Below are positions 1 through 12,377 of a stretch of 64,000 nt of DNA, one piece after another. The stretch spans positions 62,002,001-62,066,000 of the forward strand of contig NC_058368.1 of NCBI RefSeq assembly GCF_018350175.1. Direction: 5' to 3'. A program made the translations under genes and the position numbers. The notes below the pieces were generated by a model, which was given only the letters and a program-made list of their open reading frames with translations, ran no database searches and was not told the origin of the DNA. Source of the DNA: Felis catus (lineage: Eukaryota). Positions within the stretch are counted from its first letter, which is position 1. Every line of letters begins with the position of its first letter.

Positions 1-940
1 TAAAAGGCTCATATCCAGAATCTATAAAGAACTCACCAAACTCCACACCCAAAAAACAATCAAGTGAAGAAATGGGCAGAAGACATGAAGAGACACTTCT
101 TTAAAGAAGACATCCAGATGGCCAACAGGCACATGAAAAGATGCTCAACATCACTCCTCATCAGGGAAATACAAATCAAAACCACATTGAGATATCACCT
201 CACGCTAGTTGGAGAAGCTAAAATGAACATATCAGGAGACTATAGATGCTGGAGAGAATGTGGAGAAATGGGAACCCTCTTGCACTGTTGGTGGAAATGC
301 AAACTGGTGCAGCTGCTCTGGAAAACACTGATGGGGTTCCTCAAAAAAATAAAAAAATAGATCTACCCTAAAACCCAGCAATAGCACTGCTAGGAATTTG
401 CCCAAGGGGTACAGGAGTGCTGATGCATAGGGGCATCGTACCCCAATGCTTATAGCAGCACTTTCAACAATAGCCAAATTATGGAAAGAGCCTAAATGTC
501 CATCAACTGACGAATGGATAAAGAAGATGTGGTTTATATATACAATGAAATACTACTTGGCAATGAGAAAGAATGAAATCTGGCCATTTGTAGCAACATG
601 GATGGAACTGGAGAGTGTTATGCTAAGTGAAATAAGCCATACAGAGAAAGACAGATATCATATGTTTTCACTCATATGTGGATCCTGAGAAACTTAACAG
701 AAGACTGGGGGGAGGAAAGGGGAGGAAAAAGTTACAGAGAGGAAAGGAGGCAAACCCTAAGAGACTCTTAAATACTGAGAATAAACTGAGGGTTGATGGG
801 GGTGGGGGAGAGGGGAAAGTGGGTGATGGGCATTGAGGAGGGCACCTGTTGGGATGAGCATTGGGTGTTGTATGGAAACCAATTTGACAATAAATTTCAT
901 TTAAAAAAAAAGATATATGGAAAAGAAAAAAAAAAGAAAA
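1..940 (+). mobile_element. L1 (felid/carnivore type) 3' end: ORF2 C-terminus, 3' UTR and poly(A); continues upstream of the window
   Basis: ORF 64..360 [50 protein letters not shown] is the L1 ORF2 Cys-rich C-terminus. G-rich 3' UTR at ~706-830; AATAAA then A-rich tail at ~889-940. Confidence 0.97.
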
Positions 941-2232
941 GATGATTAAGTCAGAAAAATTTCACATCTGAATTTTTCACTTTGTAGTTTCAGGATATTG
1001 ACAAGAAAATTAATCTTTTTTCCAAATATATTTCAAAAGTTTTTAAAATTTTGTGGATTCCATGTGATAATATGCATAAGTACCTTAGCACGTCATCTGT
1101 TATAAAATATGAGCTCAATAAATTACTACCTGAAGTCAAATAAATGAGGATGATGGCGTGAATATACAGGAATATTTTCACCAAGTTTATTCAGTTATTT
1201 TCAACCATTTGAAAGATAATTGGACCAGGAGTTAGTTATAGTCTATATATACTAAAATATGTCATTACCTTTCTGAAATTCAGTATGTGGACATCTTACA
1301 TCTTGAATATGTTTAAGCACTAACAATAAAGAAAAAAAATATTACTAAACCCTGAATTATACTTGACAATTGTCCACTTTGGACTTTAGGAATTCTATTC
1401 ATGAAAGACCGTTTTAGCCACATAATTTCTCCTGATGTTTACTTTAAAAATAATGAAAGTAAGTGGGAAAATAGAATGTCCACATGGAGACTACAAATAG
1501 GGTATTGTAGGAACTGGCCGCAAGAAAAGATAAATAAGTGATGTTAATAAAAAAAGAAGAAAGAAAAAGTAGGTACATTAACTTAAGGAAGAACAAACAG
1601 TGTTCTGTAACCAAGATATGCAGAGATATTTAATAAAAGTCTAGACATGATAATGAACTCCTAAGATACCACCAAATAATTATATAGAAGCTCCAGTCAT
1701 AAAAAAGAGAGAAAACAACTTACCTTCATTATGAAGACAAATTCTGTGAAACCATTCACGTAAAGTTTTTGTCTCAACTATTAAAGAAATGCTGTGTTTG
1801 TGTGTTTTTATGTGTCTTTGATATCAGAGAGACAACCACTACCAAGAAAATGTTATTATCAGAAAATTCTCAATCTTCTGAAAGTACCAAATATGTAGTA
1901 TTTTAGCCTGGTTTAACATTAAGTTTTGTAAAAGGCTTTTGGAATGCTGGTGTTGATAAAGCCCAATGCTGCTGCAATGTCTAAATCTCACCTTACTGTG
2001 TGAAAATATGAAGTTTCACTCCCTCATTTGCAATGGAAAAAATGAGTATATGACCATCCTTAGAACAGAGTCCATGAAATGCCTTAGCTGGCAAAAGAAA
2101 CACAAAAAGATAAGACATATCACTTACTTGAGACAAATAGTAGAAAGCTTCAGTCAGCTCTGTTTTGTCAGCAACTTCTGACAGTCAAGTTAACAATAAA
2201 AAAATGCATATTGCTCAGCAAAATCCCTGTGA

Positions 2233-2732
2233 CTATTAGGGATGTGTGTGTGTGTGTGTGTGTGTTCAAAACACACTCTCACAAAATATGGTACTTCGGC
2301 ATATTGAATATTTTAAGCTTAAGGAGTTTGAATAAACAGCAGAAAGCAGGAAGTCAGTGACACTCTCCCAGCCACCTTCCCCTGAAACAGGTCACAAAAC
2401 TCTCATGTGAAAGGTGGCCTCCCTATACTTGGGACAAAGGGACCCTGAAAAGAATCTCAAGAAACAGTCTTTTTGCTTACCCCACTTTACTACACTTACC
2501 TCATCCTTCTTAACTTCTCATATTCCTTCCTCCACAGCTGCCCACTCCTCATACCACTTAGCATCAAAATACTCTGGTCAGATTCCTTGGGTTTCCTTAT
2601 GAAGGTTCATGAGTCACGTAAAACTTATATTAAATGGATTTGTATGCTTCTCTCCTATTAATCGTATCAGTTTAATTTTCAAACCCAGCCAGGGACCCTA
2701 GAGAGTCAAGGAAAACATTTTTCTCCCCCATA
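2233..2732 (+). mobile_element. MER34-like ERV1-class solo LTR with (TG)n near its 5' end
   Basis: 'caaaatatggtacttcggcatattgaatattttaagcttaaggagtttgaataaacagcag' resembles the MER34-family 5' motif; ends 'ttttctccccca'. Homologous in reverse to the LTR at 41932-42642. Confidence 0.7.
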
Positions 2733-3351
2733 GTCTGTTAGCATGCTTATGTACATTTTTAGATCATAGTAGTTTGAAAATTGTGTGATATGAAATGAGG
2801 CCAAATTTTAAAATACATATGAGAAATATATCATGGGTTGGTGCCTAATCATTCAACTGAGTTTTTAAAAAAGCAATGTTAATTTAAAAGTTATTGCATG
2901 TATTTTCTGATTTCTAAGTACACAATATCAGATTGAATTTTTTCATCATTAAATATAGTGGAAATTTAAGGGTCAGCTGGCTACTTTAGTGAGATCATGC
3001 TAATTCTTTTCAATATTACTGCATTAAGGCAGAATTCTACAGCAATGCCTGTCGTGATTCTCATAGGCAGAATCTTTAATTATTAATCTATGCAACTAAG
3101 GTCTTCCCTTATATTCCTTCATTATGACATTTTCCATGTTGCATTGCAGTTACTGACTTGCTTGAGCTTCTCTTTGTTGTCCTGTCCTTGAGGAATAGTA
3201 CTCTGTGTGTTTGTATGCACAGTCCCGGGATTTAAAATAACAAAAATACTGCTAACTATTATTCAATGCTTATATTGAACCTACTAATTTGTCCATCCAT
3301 CTGAATATAAAATTCAGTGCCTTATTCTAACTGTTGTTAGGTTCCACAATG

Positions 3352-3565
3352 TCTTCTTTTTTATTTTAAAATGTATTTATTTATTTTGAGAGAGAGAGAG
3401 AGCGAGCAGTGGAGGGGCAGAGAGAGAGTGTGAGAAAGAATCCCAAGAAGGCTCCACAGTCAGCACAATGCCCAATGCCAGGCTCAAACCCATGAACCAT
3501 GAGATCACGACCTGAGCTGAAGTCTAGAGTCGGAATGCTTAACCAACTGAGCCACCAGGCACCCC
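3352..3565 (-). mobile_element. Can-SINE (SINEC)
   Basis: Reverse-complemented tRNA-like head, (GA)n and T tail; TSD aggttccacaat at 3339-3350 and 3567-3578. Confidence 0.95.
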
Positions 3566-3819
3566 AAGGTTCCACAATTTCTGTCCACCTTCCTCACAAT
3601 AAAGGGAATAACAGATTACTTTTATCTTTTGGGACTCCTCAGTATAAACATTAAGAACACAAAAAAGCCAGAAACAAACAAAAATTCTCTGATTCCTTTC
3701 CCCCAAATTTCTTTCTGATAGCACATAAAATTTTATGTACAAATATTTCTCATAATGGCTTTTCTTAATTTTCAAAAGACTTGTATTTCAGTTCCCAGGG
3801 TGATTTCTAGTACTCTGTC

Positions 3820-3927
3820 TCTTTTTAAAATTTCATTGTTAAGTAATCTCTGCATCCAACATGGGGTTTAAACTTACAACTCTAAGATAAAGTTACAAGC
3901 ACTACCAGCTAAGCCAGCCAGGCACCC
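3820..3927 (-). mobile_element. Short old Can-SINE (no CT tract)
   Basis: Reverse head 'ctaagccagccaggcaccc' and body 'gtaatctctgcatccaacatggggtttaaacttacaac'. Confidence 0.75.
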
Positions 3928-3945
3928 TTCTACCGCTCTTTCAAA

Positions 3946-4124
3946 GATATATCTATCTATCTATCATCTATCTATCTATATGTATAGATATCTATATGTA
4001 TAGATATCTATATGTACAGATATCTGTACATATCTATATACATGGATATGTATATACATATCTATCTATATACATAAATATACATAGATATGTACAGATA
4101 TCTATGTATAGATAGATAGATATA
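3946..4124. repeat. Complex (TATC)/(GATA)/TATATGTA low-complexity repeat with palindromic structure
   Basis: Read directly from the sequence; see finding. Confidence 0.9.
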
Positions 4125-4827
4125 AATTCACAAGATTTCAGAAAACAAAACCAAGATTAAAACCTTAGTGTTGAAGATGACTCAAACTAACAAGATGCTA
4201 AGTATTGAAAAACATCAATTCAGAGACTGATTATAAGTAAAATCTTTATAATCTCCTATATTCGTTTTCTGGCAATTTTTTGAAATGATGTAAGGTTTTA
4301 AAAGGTCAGGTTAGATGTTCACAAACTTAAGGACAGCTAACATCACTGGGAGATATCACCCTAGGTGGCAGATGTTTGCGAAAACAGTTTTCAGTTAAAT
4401 GAGTTGTGATGTGCAAAGAAAGGCTATGGTTTAATTTAGTCCCCTCTCTCTTTAAAATATAAGAAGACAATACTTGTGTTGATTGCCTGGTGTTTTTTTT
4501 TTTTTGTGGTAATTACAAGACAATTTCCTTTGAACAGTGTCTGTCTCTTAATCACCAGTAACAGCAGGTACTGAGCAATTGATATGCCACACATCTTACT
4601 TTGAACAACACCCACAAAAAGGCTATATTAAGACACATGCTAAAGACCTCCAAATTAAATAATGATGCTGCTTTTTTCCCACTTGACTTAACAAGTGTAG
4701 CAAACTTATTGGAAATGCATTCAGAATTGATGTACTCTCATGTGCATCTCATGTACATAGGTTGTTGTGGGTGTTTGTTATTGCCGTTAACATTAGAATT
4801 TTATGAAATTTTAGAAAAGTAACTTTT

Positions 4828-5049
4828 TTTTAATTTTTTTCCAATTTTTTTTTTATTTATTTCTGGGACAGAGAGAGACAGAGCATGAACAGGGGAGGGG
4901 CAGAGAGAGAGGGAGACACAGAAACGGAAACAGGCTCCAGGCTCTGAGCCATCAGCCCAGAGCCTGACGCGGGGCTCGAACTCACGGACCGCGAGATCGT
5001 GACCTGGCTGAAGTCGGACGCTTAACCGACTGCGCCACCCAGGCGCCCC
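4828..5049 (-). mobile_element. Young SINEC_Fc-like SINE
   Basis: CpG-rich and full length; perfect TSD tagaaaagtaactttt at 4812-4827 and 5050-5065. Confidence 0.97.
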
Positions 5050-5085
5050 TAGAAAAGTAACTTTTAATAGTGAGCACACTTTTAA

Positions 5086-5178
5086 CGTTTATTTATTTTT
5101 TTATTTTTGGGACAGAGAGAGACAGAGCATGAACGGGGGAGGGGCAGAGAGAGAGGGAGACACAGAATCGGAAACAGG
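5086..5178 (-). mobile_element. 5'-truncated young SINEC_Fc-like SINE
   Basis: Only the 3' half is present; perfect TSD agtgagcacacttttaa at 5069-5085 and 5179-5195. Confidence 0.93.
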
Positions 5179-5390
5179 AGTGAGCACACTTTTAAAAGTA
5201 TATACTTTTTGAATCAGCATTTCCAGTTTTTTTCTCATAGAAACCAATTTTAAGAACATATTTTCAAATATGCTTTATATTATATGGAAATCAAGACAAA
5301 ACAAAATCAAAATGCAACAAACAACCCCAAACTCTGACTTATTGTCTATCTAATAATACAATAATTGTTGAGTCAATTATAGCCCAATTG

Positions 5391-5866
5391 TGTCAAAGGA
5401 AAATTTCCTGAACAGAGTTAAATAGGCATGGAAGACTTTATTCAAGACGATTGTAATGAGTCAAGACTGTTTCAATAAGAGAAAGAGTTTGAACTCAACT
5501 CCACTGAAGTTAAAGATGAGAGAGTTTTTATGTGTTAATGGGAGGTGGCAAAGTACTGGAGAACATTAGGATTGATTAATGAGATTGTGTTTGCTCACTG
5601 GCACTTATCAAAATTAGGCTCCTGCCCTCCCATAGACACTGGGAGACAGGTGCCCTATCTTCCTTGATGATTACCTTTCAAAGGGATGACTCCTTGTTCC
5701 TTGAGAGACAATCCTGGTTTGTAAAACCGGCAAGAGGCTGGGAGAAGATTTATATCTCAAAGCAACAGGGGAAGAGTTTATAATTGCATGTTTTCTAAAG
5801 TAAATGCTCTAAGAAAAGAAAGGTCAGGTTCTTGGAGTCAGGAAGAAACCTGTATAAAGTTTAGTC
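5391..5866 (-). mobile_element. ERV1-class solo LTR (MER31/MER67-like)
   Basis: Begins 'tgtcaaaggaaaatttcctgaacagagttaaataggcatggaagactttattcaag' (reverse LTR 3' end with AATAAA) and ends 'aaacctgtataaagtttagtc'. Confidence 0.6.
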
Positions 5867-6336
5867 TCCAGGAACGATAAAGCTATCCTGAGCAGTCCTA
5901 CAACAATGCGTACACGATAGCTATTGACAAGGAGGCGGCAGTGCAGTACTTTTACAAGCTGCCCCGATCCCCTCAGGGATAAGGGAGAAACAATGATGGA
6001 AGAAGAAAAAAACTTCACTGAAACTAAGTAACAGAATACCACAAATCCCATAAATAACGCAAATGGGGCCAAACAACCAGTGACAGGAGAGATGCATGTA
6101 TAAAAGTCCAAGGAATAGTAGCCAGAGGAGGAGAGACAAGGGGCTTCCATTGGTTCTAAGAACCAGATAACAATGACCAACTGGTCCACACATTGAAAGG
6201 AGGATTGTCACAGAGATAGAAGCCCTCAAGTGCTCTTCTGTGAACAGCAGATAAACTGAGGATGGTGATTACAAGAGGGCTACAGTGCATTCAGAGGATC
6301 TGGGAGTTTGCCTGCATCCACAGACCTTTCAGAAAT

Positions 6337-6346
6337 GTATATACAT

Positions 6347-6401
<55 letters not shown>

Positions 6402-6414
6402 CATATATATACAT
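6337..6414. repeat. (CA)n(TA)n compound microsatellite
   Basis: Read directly from the sequence. Confidence 0.95.
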
Positions 6415-7060
6415 ATTCCATTATCAGGAAAAACCCCAGGGAATAACAGAACAGAAATAGATCAAGGCAGGCAATCTGAGGTTAAAGGAGAGGCAGATAT
6501 TTGATAGTAAATGGGAGGAAGAACAGAGGAGTCAAATATAAAATATATGATAAGATGATATTTTATTTTCTTTTTGAGAACATGAATAGAAGGGGCACTA
6601 TAGATACAAGGTTTGAAGTTACCCTGCTGTATCTTGGCCCCAACAGAAAATTTCTTCCAAAAGTACAGGAAAAGTTCAATTCACTTAAACATGAGAAATA
6701 GAAGATACTAGATTTTGAATTTCACTCAATGATATTTTAAGAGAAAAGAGCAAAAAAAAAAAAAGTGAGTAGCATCCTTGAAGAAAATGAAGACACATCG
6801 GAAGCACGAGGCAAAATATAGAAGCAAACTAAAAAAAATGAGCTAAACGATAAGGAAAATGACACAAACATGAAAAACATGTAAGTGAGAATTAGTAATG
6901 TTTAGAAATAAGATATCTGGTCAACAGGAGGAAGTTAAAATGTAGCTGGTTTGCTCAAGGAAAAAAAAAAAAAAAAAACTAGTAATACCAGGAAAAGATT
7001 TCACAAATTGAGACCAAACTGGAGGTAACACAAGAATAAACAGACATCTTAAAAAGTAGT

Positions 7061-7451
7061 TGTTATGGACTGAAGTGTACAATGCCCCCCCCCCACCCTC
7101 CCCACCAATTCATATGTTGAAGCCCTAACCCCAGTGTGACTGTATTTCAAGAAGGAGCATTTAAAGAGGTAATTAGGGTTAACTGACAGCCTAAGTGTGG
7201 GACCCTAACCCATTAAGATTGGTGTGCTCATAAGAAAAGGAAGGGCCACCAGCAATGTACGTACACAGAGCAGAGACCATGTGAGGACACAGTGAGAAGG
7301 TCATCACCCACAAGTCAAGGAGAGAGGCCTCAGGAGAACTGTGTCAGCACATTCATCTTGGACTTCCGCCTCCAGAACTGTGAGAAAGTGCTGTTGTTTA
7401 AACCACCCAGTCTATGGTATTTTGTTATGGTAGTTTGAGTGGACTAATGAA
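7061..7451 (+). mobile_element. MLT1 (ERVL-MaLR) solo LTR, MLT1A/B-like
   Basis: Start 'tgttatggactgaa...aattcatatgttgaagccctaacccc'; end 'ttggacttccgcctccagaactgtgagaaa...ccacccagtctatggtattttgttatgg'. Confidence 0.88.
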
Positions 7452-7822
7452 ATATATGAAGAGAAACATATGATATAAAAAAAAATAATTGCAACAAAAT
7501 TTTGAAGAGATATAAAATTTTTGAAGGAAAATTTTAGATACAGGAGACAAGTAAAGAAGACTTATTCTACAGAGGATAGCAATTCTCAAAGAAGGCAAAA
7601 CAGTGTAAGAAATCTACTAAAAACCATAATAAAAAATTAAAGTAAAAGAAAACATAGGGTAGCTTCTAAAATACACATTGTTTAACTGTGGAAATTGACA
7701 CTAAATGGGTAACACTGAGTCAAATCTAGTAATAATACTGGACTATAAAGAAAATAACAAGAAATAATTTAGCCACACAGGCAAAAAAAAAAAAAACAGG
7801 TAACTTAAGAGATAGAAAATCA

Positions 7823-8046
7823 GGGGTGCCTGGGTGGCTCAGTCAGTTGAGCATCCTACTTCAGCTCAGGTCATGATCTCACAGCTTGTGAGTTTGAGCC
7901 CCGCGTCAGGCTCTGTGCTGACAGCTCAGAACCCTGGAGCCTGCTTCGGATTTTATGTCTCCATCTCTCTCTGCCCCTAACCCACTCACATTCTGTCTCT
8001 GTCCCTCTCTAAAATAAATAAACATTTTTTAAAAAATTTAAAAAAA
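7823..8046 (+). mobile_element. Can-SINE
   Basis: Head ggggtgcctgggtggctcagtc, CT tract and A tail; TSD-like tagaaaatca on both sides. Confidence 0.95.
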
Positions 8047-8277
8047 GAGAGGTAGAAAATCAGATCAGTGTCAGGCATTTTGATGGCAACATGTTGTGCA
8101 AAAAAAAAAAAAAAAATGGAGTAAATAAATGTGAAAGAAAATGTGAACCAGGGGTACTATGTGTAATCGTATAGATCTTCAAATATAAACATCATGAAAC
8201 AACCTTTATGATTATGTAGAAACTCCAGGAACCAAAATATGATTGGAAAAGCTTTTTCAAAAGGCTAGAGGGGTACT

Positions 8278-8338
8278 AGTATATAGATATAGGTATAGAT
8301 ATAGATATAGATATAGATAGATATAGATATATAGATAC

Positions 8339-8369
<31 letters not shown>
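8278..8369. repeat. (TAGATA)n + (CA)n microsatellite
   Basis: Read directly from the sequence. Confidence 0.95.
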
Positions 8370-8370
<1 letters not shown>

Positions 8371-8518
8371 CCAGAAAAAACATGGACTTAATGGTGATTG
8401 AAGTATATGTAATTGACTTATGTTCTGACAGCATAGCTCTGATAGAATTATTTAAAAATATGACGAGTTGGGAGGAAATGAGCATACCTGGAAAGTTGAA
8501 TAAATTTACTGCTTTGTG

Positions 8519-8694
8519 CAGGGGTCAATAAACTAAGCCTTGGGACAAATCCAGCTTGCCACCTATTTTTGTAAATAAACTTTTGTTGGAACATAGCCAT
8601 GTTAATTTGTTTACATATTGTCTAGACTTCTTTTATGCTTCAAAGGCAGATTTGAGCAAGTGTGATAGATGTATGACAAACAAAGGCTAAAATA
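8519..8694 (+). mobile_element. MER58A-like hAT-Charlie MITE, 3'-truncated
   Basis: 'caggggtcaataaacta...caaatccagcttgccacctatttttgtaaataaacttttgttggaacatagccatg' matches the MER58 pattern. Confidence 0.8.
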
Positions 8695-8763
8695 AAACAT
8701 TTTCAATTATAGGAAAAAAAAACTATGTATCCCATTTTTAATGTTATTAATTGAGAACAAGGA

Positions 8764-8765
<2 letters not shown>

Positions 8766-8801
<36 letters not shown>
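8766..8801. repeat. (TG)n microsatellite
   Basis: Read directly from the sequence. Confidence 0.97.
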
Positions 8802-8802
<1 letters not shown>

Positions 8803-10130
8803 TATACACTACTTGATGCCTTTTTGATAAATTCCCTTTCTGATTATATATGCAGAATTATTTTCTTTTGCTTGTAACTAGAATCCCAAACTGATAAATA
8901 CTCTTGAAGAATCCCTTGCCCTATATTTATAATATACCATAATGTGAACACCTGGAAGAGTGATTATTAATCAACTTAAAGTCAAAGGTATTTCATCCAG
9001 TCTGCTTCTGGTCAGGGAAAAGTAGTAAATACAGTAATCTTCACTGTCAAGCAACCTTCTCCATTTATCCTTTGGAATTACAGTTAGAACTTAAATCAAG
9101 CAGTTGAACAGAAATTGAGATAAAATATACTAAATCCCCAAAGGCAAGTTATCCATTAATTATGGAAGTAGAAATACAGAACAAATGCCATAGAATTAGC
9201 ATCAGTCCTGAAACATAAAGGATAAAGTTGCTGATGCCTTTTCCACATGAAAGCATTTTGCAAAGGAAAATACTGCAGTAGCAATTAACTACAAACAATG
9301 AGTATATGTGGTTTAAAATTAACCAAATCATTCAACTAATTTAATATTCTATCTTTTACAAAGTTACCTGTCTTGGGTTGACTTCTCCAGAAATACACTC
9401 CTGGAGGGAAATTTGCATGCAGGCAGTTTCTTGGAGACAGGAGGTCATAGACTTGCTCAAAGGGAGGGCTTAAACTGCAATGTGGTCACAACTGAGGCAC
9501 CAGTCAGTGAAGCCCATGGAAAGCTCTGGAGCTGGCATGGTTCTTCAGAATTCAGGCAAGGCATCCAGTTCTTGAATATGCACTGTCCTAAGACAATAGG
9601 GTAAACTTGGAGAGGGAGGTTCTTTTAGCCAAAGGCAATTCCTCAAGCTTCCAATGAGCTCTCAAGCTTCCACTGCTCCCAGCATCTTGGGGAAGAGCGC
9701 CTCAGTCTTCAAGAGCAGACTTTAATGGAACCCTGCAACATGCATTATAATTCATTCCTGCTTTACTCTGCATCTCTTATATGAATAATTCTGATAGGAG
9801 CACCTTCAGAATTTTTGGTCTCTTTCCTTAAGGAAATTGACATGAGGACTGGCAGTGGAAACAAGCTAGAGGCTGCAACTGATGTTCATCTTTTCTCTCT
9901 TGTACTCATTCCAGATTTCTATCACTACCGGGCAGCTTGCCTGATGGAGAGACCCGGAATCCCTATCCTTGATGGATCTGAGTGCCTTATCATTATGACC
10001 TTTTCAGTCTATGAACGTTACACTTGTTCATTTATTATCAAAACTGAACAAAGTAATACTGAGAGCTCCTCTGTAAATTCACCTAAATGTCAAAGATAGT
10101 AACTGTGTTCATTTGTTTTCTATTTCACAC

Positions 10131-10750
10131 TTTTCTTTTTTTTTTCTTTTTTAATGTGGTTAGAACACTTTAACATGAGATCTACCCCCTTAACAAATTT
10201 TTATGGGTACAATACAATATCGTTACATATAGGCACAATGTTGCCTAGCAGGTCTCTAGAACATAATCTTGCACAACTGAAACTGTACCACTTGAATAGC
10301 AACTCCCCATTTCCCCCTCCTTCTAGCCCCTGGTAGATTCTACCCTCTGCTACTTTGTGTTTGACTATTTTAGATGCCTCATATAATTAGAATAATATTT
10401 GTCCTTCATGACTGGCTTATTTCATAATACAGTTGTTAAGGAAAAGAGTGTGGAAATTCCTCAAAAAATTAGAAATAGAAATACCATATGATTCAACAAT
10501 CTACTTTTGGGTATTTATCCAAAACTTTTGACTTCAGGATATCAGAGATATTTCCACTCCCATTTTCATTGCCTCATTGTTCTTTAGGCAAAATGTGGAA
10601 CCCATTTAAATATCCATTGATGGATAAATGAATGAAGAAAATGTGGTATAAATGTATAATGGAATATTACTGAGGTTTTCTTTTAAAGAAATCCTGCTGG
10701 GTGGGACAATATGGAAGAATCTTGAGGATATTACGCTAGGTGAAATAAGT
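10131..10750 (-). mobile_element. Older L1 (L1MA/MB-like) 3' end with inverted 5' segment, inserted in the ERVL
   Basis: Minus-strand 3' UTR plus poly(T) at 10131-10425, joined to a plus-strand upstream L1 piece at 10426-10750. Confidence 0.8.
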
Positions 10751-12256
10751 CCTCCCTCATTATTGGACAACACCCTACCAGTCTTCAGATCAACATGGTC
10801 AATTGTACCTACCAGGAGCAGGACTCTTTTCCTTGTCTGCTAATTTCTTAGCATAAGAAGCCCAGAGTGACTAAGTGAAAGCCATAGCTTAAAGCGATAA
10901 TTTTACTCTTCTTGTATTTTCTTATGGAAACATTTCCTCTTTGGAAATCAGGACCTCAAACTTGTATAGCCTGGAGTTATGAGAAAGAAAAGCACAAATT
11001 CTCCAAAATCAAGTGAGACATAAACTGTAGGCTTCTCCTACCTTTTGGTTCCTAAAGTGAAGCTTTCACCTCACATCTTGATGACATAATGCTGTATCAT
11101 TATATTTGATTTATGGTGGATAATGCACCCTGAAAAATGATATTCTATCCTTGCAGTGTATTGTCTCCAAACTGTACCACAGTTGTGTCTTCAAAACCTA
11201 AACAATTGCTCTTTCGTGCTGGCATCTTCTTCATGGTTCAATATATAAAATCTGTAGATCCCATGTTCATGTGCCAACAGATATACCTCATTGCTGTAAA
11301 GTGAGTTCTTGGCCCATTGTAACCTATGGCATTCTATCTTGGAAAATCAAGGATGCTGTAAATCCTTAGATAATTGTGCTGCCTGTGGAAACATAAGTAG
11401 GACAATCAAAAAAAAACTTCCAGAATATGTGTCATTTCCACTTAAGATATATCATTGGTCTTACAGAATGGAAGAAGTACAACATAATAATTTGTTAATA
11501 AGTTTTGCCATTGGGTCTCTTCATATGGTAGTGCTGTACCTGGGACACAGCATCAATCTCATTCTGGGAGATTAGATGTGCAGCAGCAGCAGTAGCTTGG
11601 TCAGTCTTCATGTATATGAGTGAATAGTGTTGGGTCAATTCATAGTGTGCATCCTCTACCCCTTGCATCATAGCTGCATTGTAACTGTGCCCGTCATACT
11701 AGTATTGGGATGGCCATGGCCATTTGGTTAAGTCATTTGCACACTTTTTCAGTATTGCCTCTCTAATAATGTTTATCCTTCATTGGATGCTACCATGAAA
11801 CACAAAGGCCTTTACAATATGTGTCCACTCCCATAGGTCAACCAAATGTTGCTTCCCCAGATTGACATGGCTTCAGTCTTCTAATCTCTCTGGGTTTCAG
11901 ACCAAGAAGACACGCCATTTGCCAGTGCCTCTGAGCCCATATGTATTTTTATCAGCATTTTCTCTTTCTACACAAAGTGGATCACTAGAAATACATTCAA
12001 AGCTCTGTCCACTGGAAGGAATTCTCTCTTCTGCCTGTCACAGCCGTCTCTGAGAGGGGAGACTATAACGTAAAGCAGTCCATTTTAGATTGTGCCTATG
12101 TACTGACCATGCAACAAGACTGCCATTTTTCTTGTCTGCTGCTTCCATCAAGTCAAAAAGTCAAAAAGTACACAATCATTTGGCCATTGGTCTTGGTGAA
12201 AGAGTGCAGTGCAACACCAGTAGATGGCATTAGAGTCAGGGTCACTTGCTCATACA

Positions 12257-12261
<5 letters not shown>

Positions 12262-12299
<38 letters not shown>

Positions 12300-12377
12300 T
12301 TTTTTTTTGTTTGTTTGTTTGTTTTTTGTTTTGTTTTGTTTTTTGGGTTTTTTTGTGTGTTTTTTTTTGTTTTTTTT
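12262..12377. repeat. (TG)n followed by (T)nG-rich tract
   Basis: Read directly from the sequence. Confidence 0.95.

Larger units (their letters stand above)
5925..8510 (+). mobile_element. Ancient HAL1/L1 ORF1-like relic interrupted by MLT1, SINE and microsatellites
   Basis: 'caaggaggcggc' resembles the L1/HAL1 5' motif caagatggcgg. A-rich ORF1-like body, e.g. 'aaaatcagatcagtgtcaggcattttgatggcaacatg...gaaagaaaatgtgaaccagg'. No ORF2 seen. Confidence 0.5.

Noticed and set aside
786..832. G-quadruplex-forming G tracts
   Set aside because: Standard L1 3' UTR polypurine tract; well known and not locus-specific.
1715..1885. Possible minus-strand exon (donor aag|gtaagt near 1724)
   Set aside because: The acceptor is weak or ambiguous, there is no recognisable peptide, and such donors occur by chance.
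4801..5079. Recurrent ORFs such as [27 protein letters not shown] and MAQSVKHPTSAQVMIS
   Set aside because: These are translations of Can-SINE sequence, not a gene family.
5824..6229. Hydrophobic 121-aa and 102-aa minus-strand ORFs
   Set aside because: Antisense to A-rich repeat-derived sequence and overlapping an LTR edge; no recognisable domain.
7823..7900. tRNA-like A/B box sequences
   Set aside because: They are heads of tRNA-derived SINEs followed by CT tracts and A tails, not tRNA genes.
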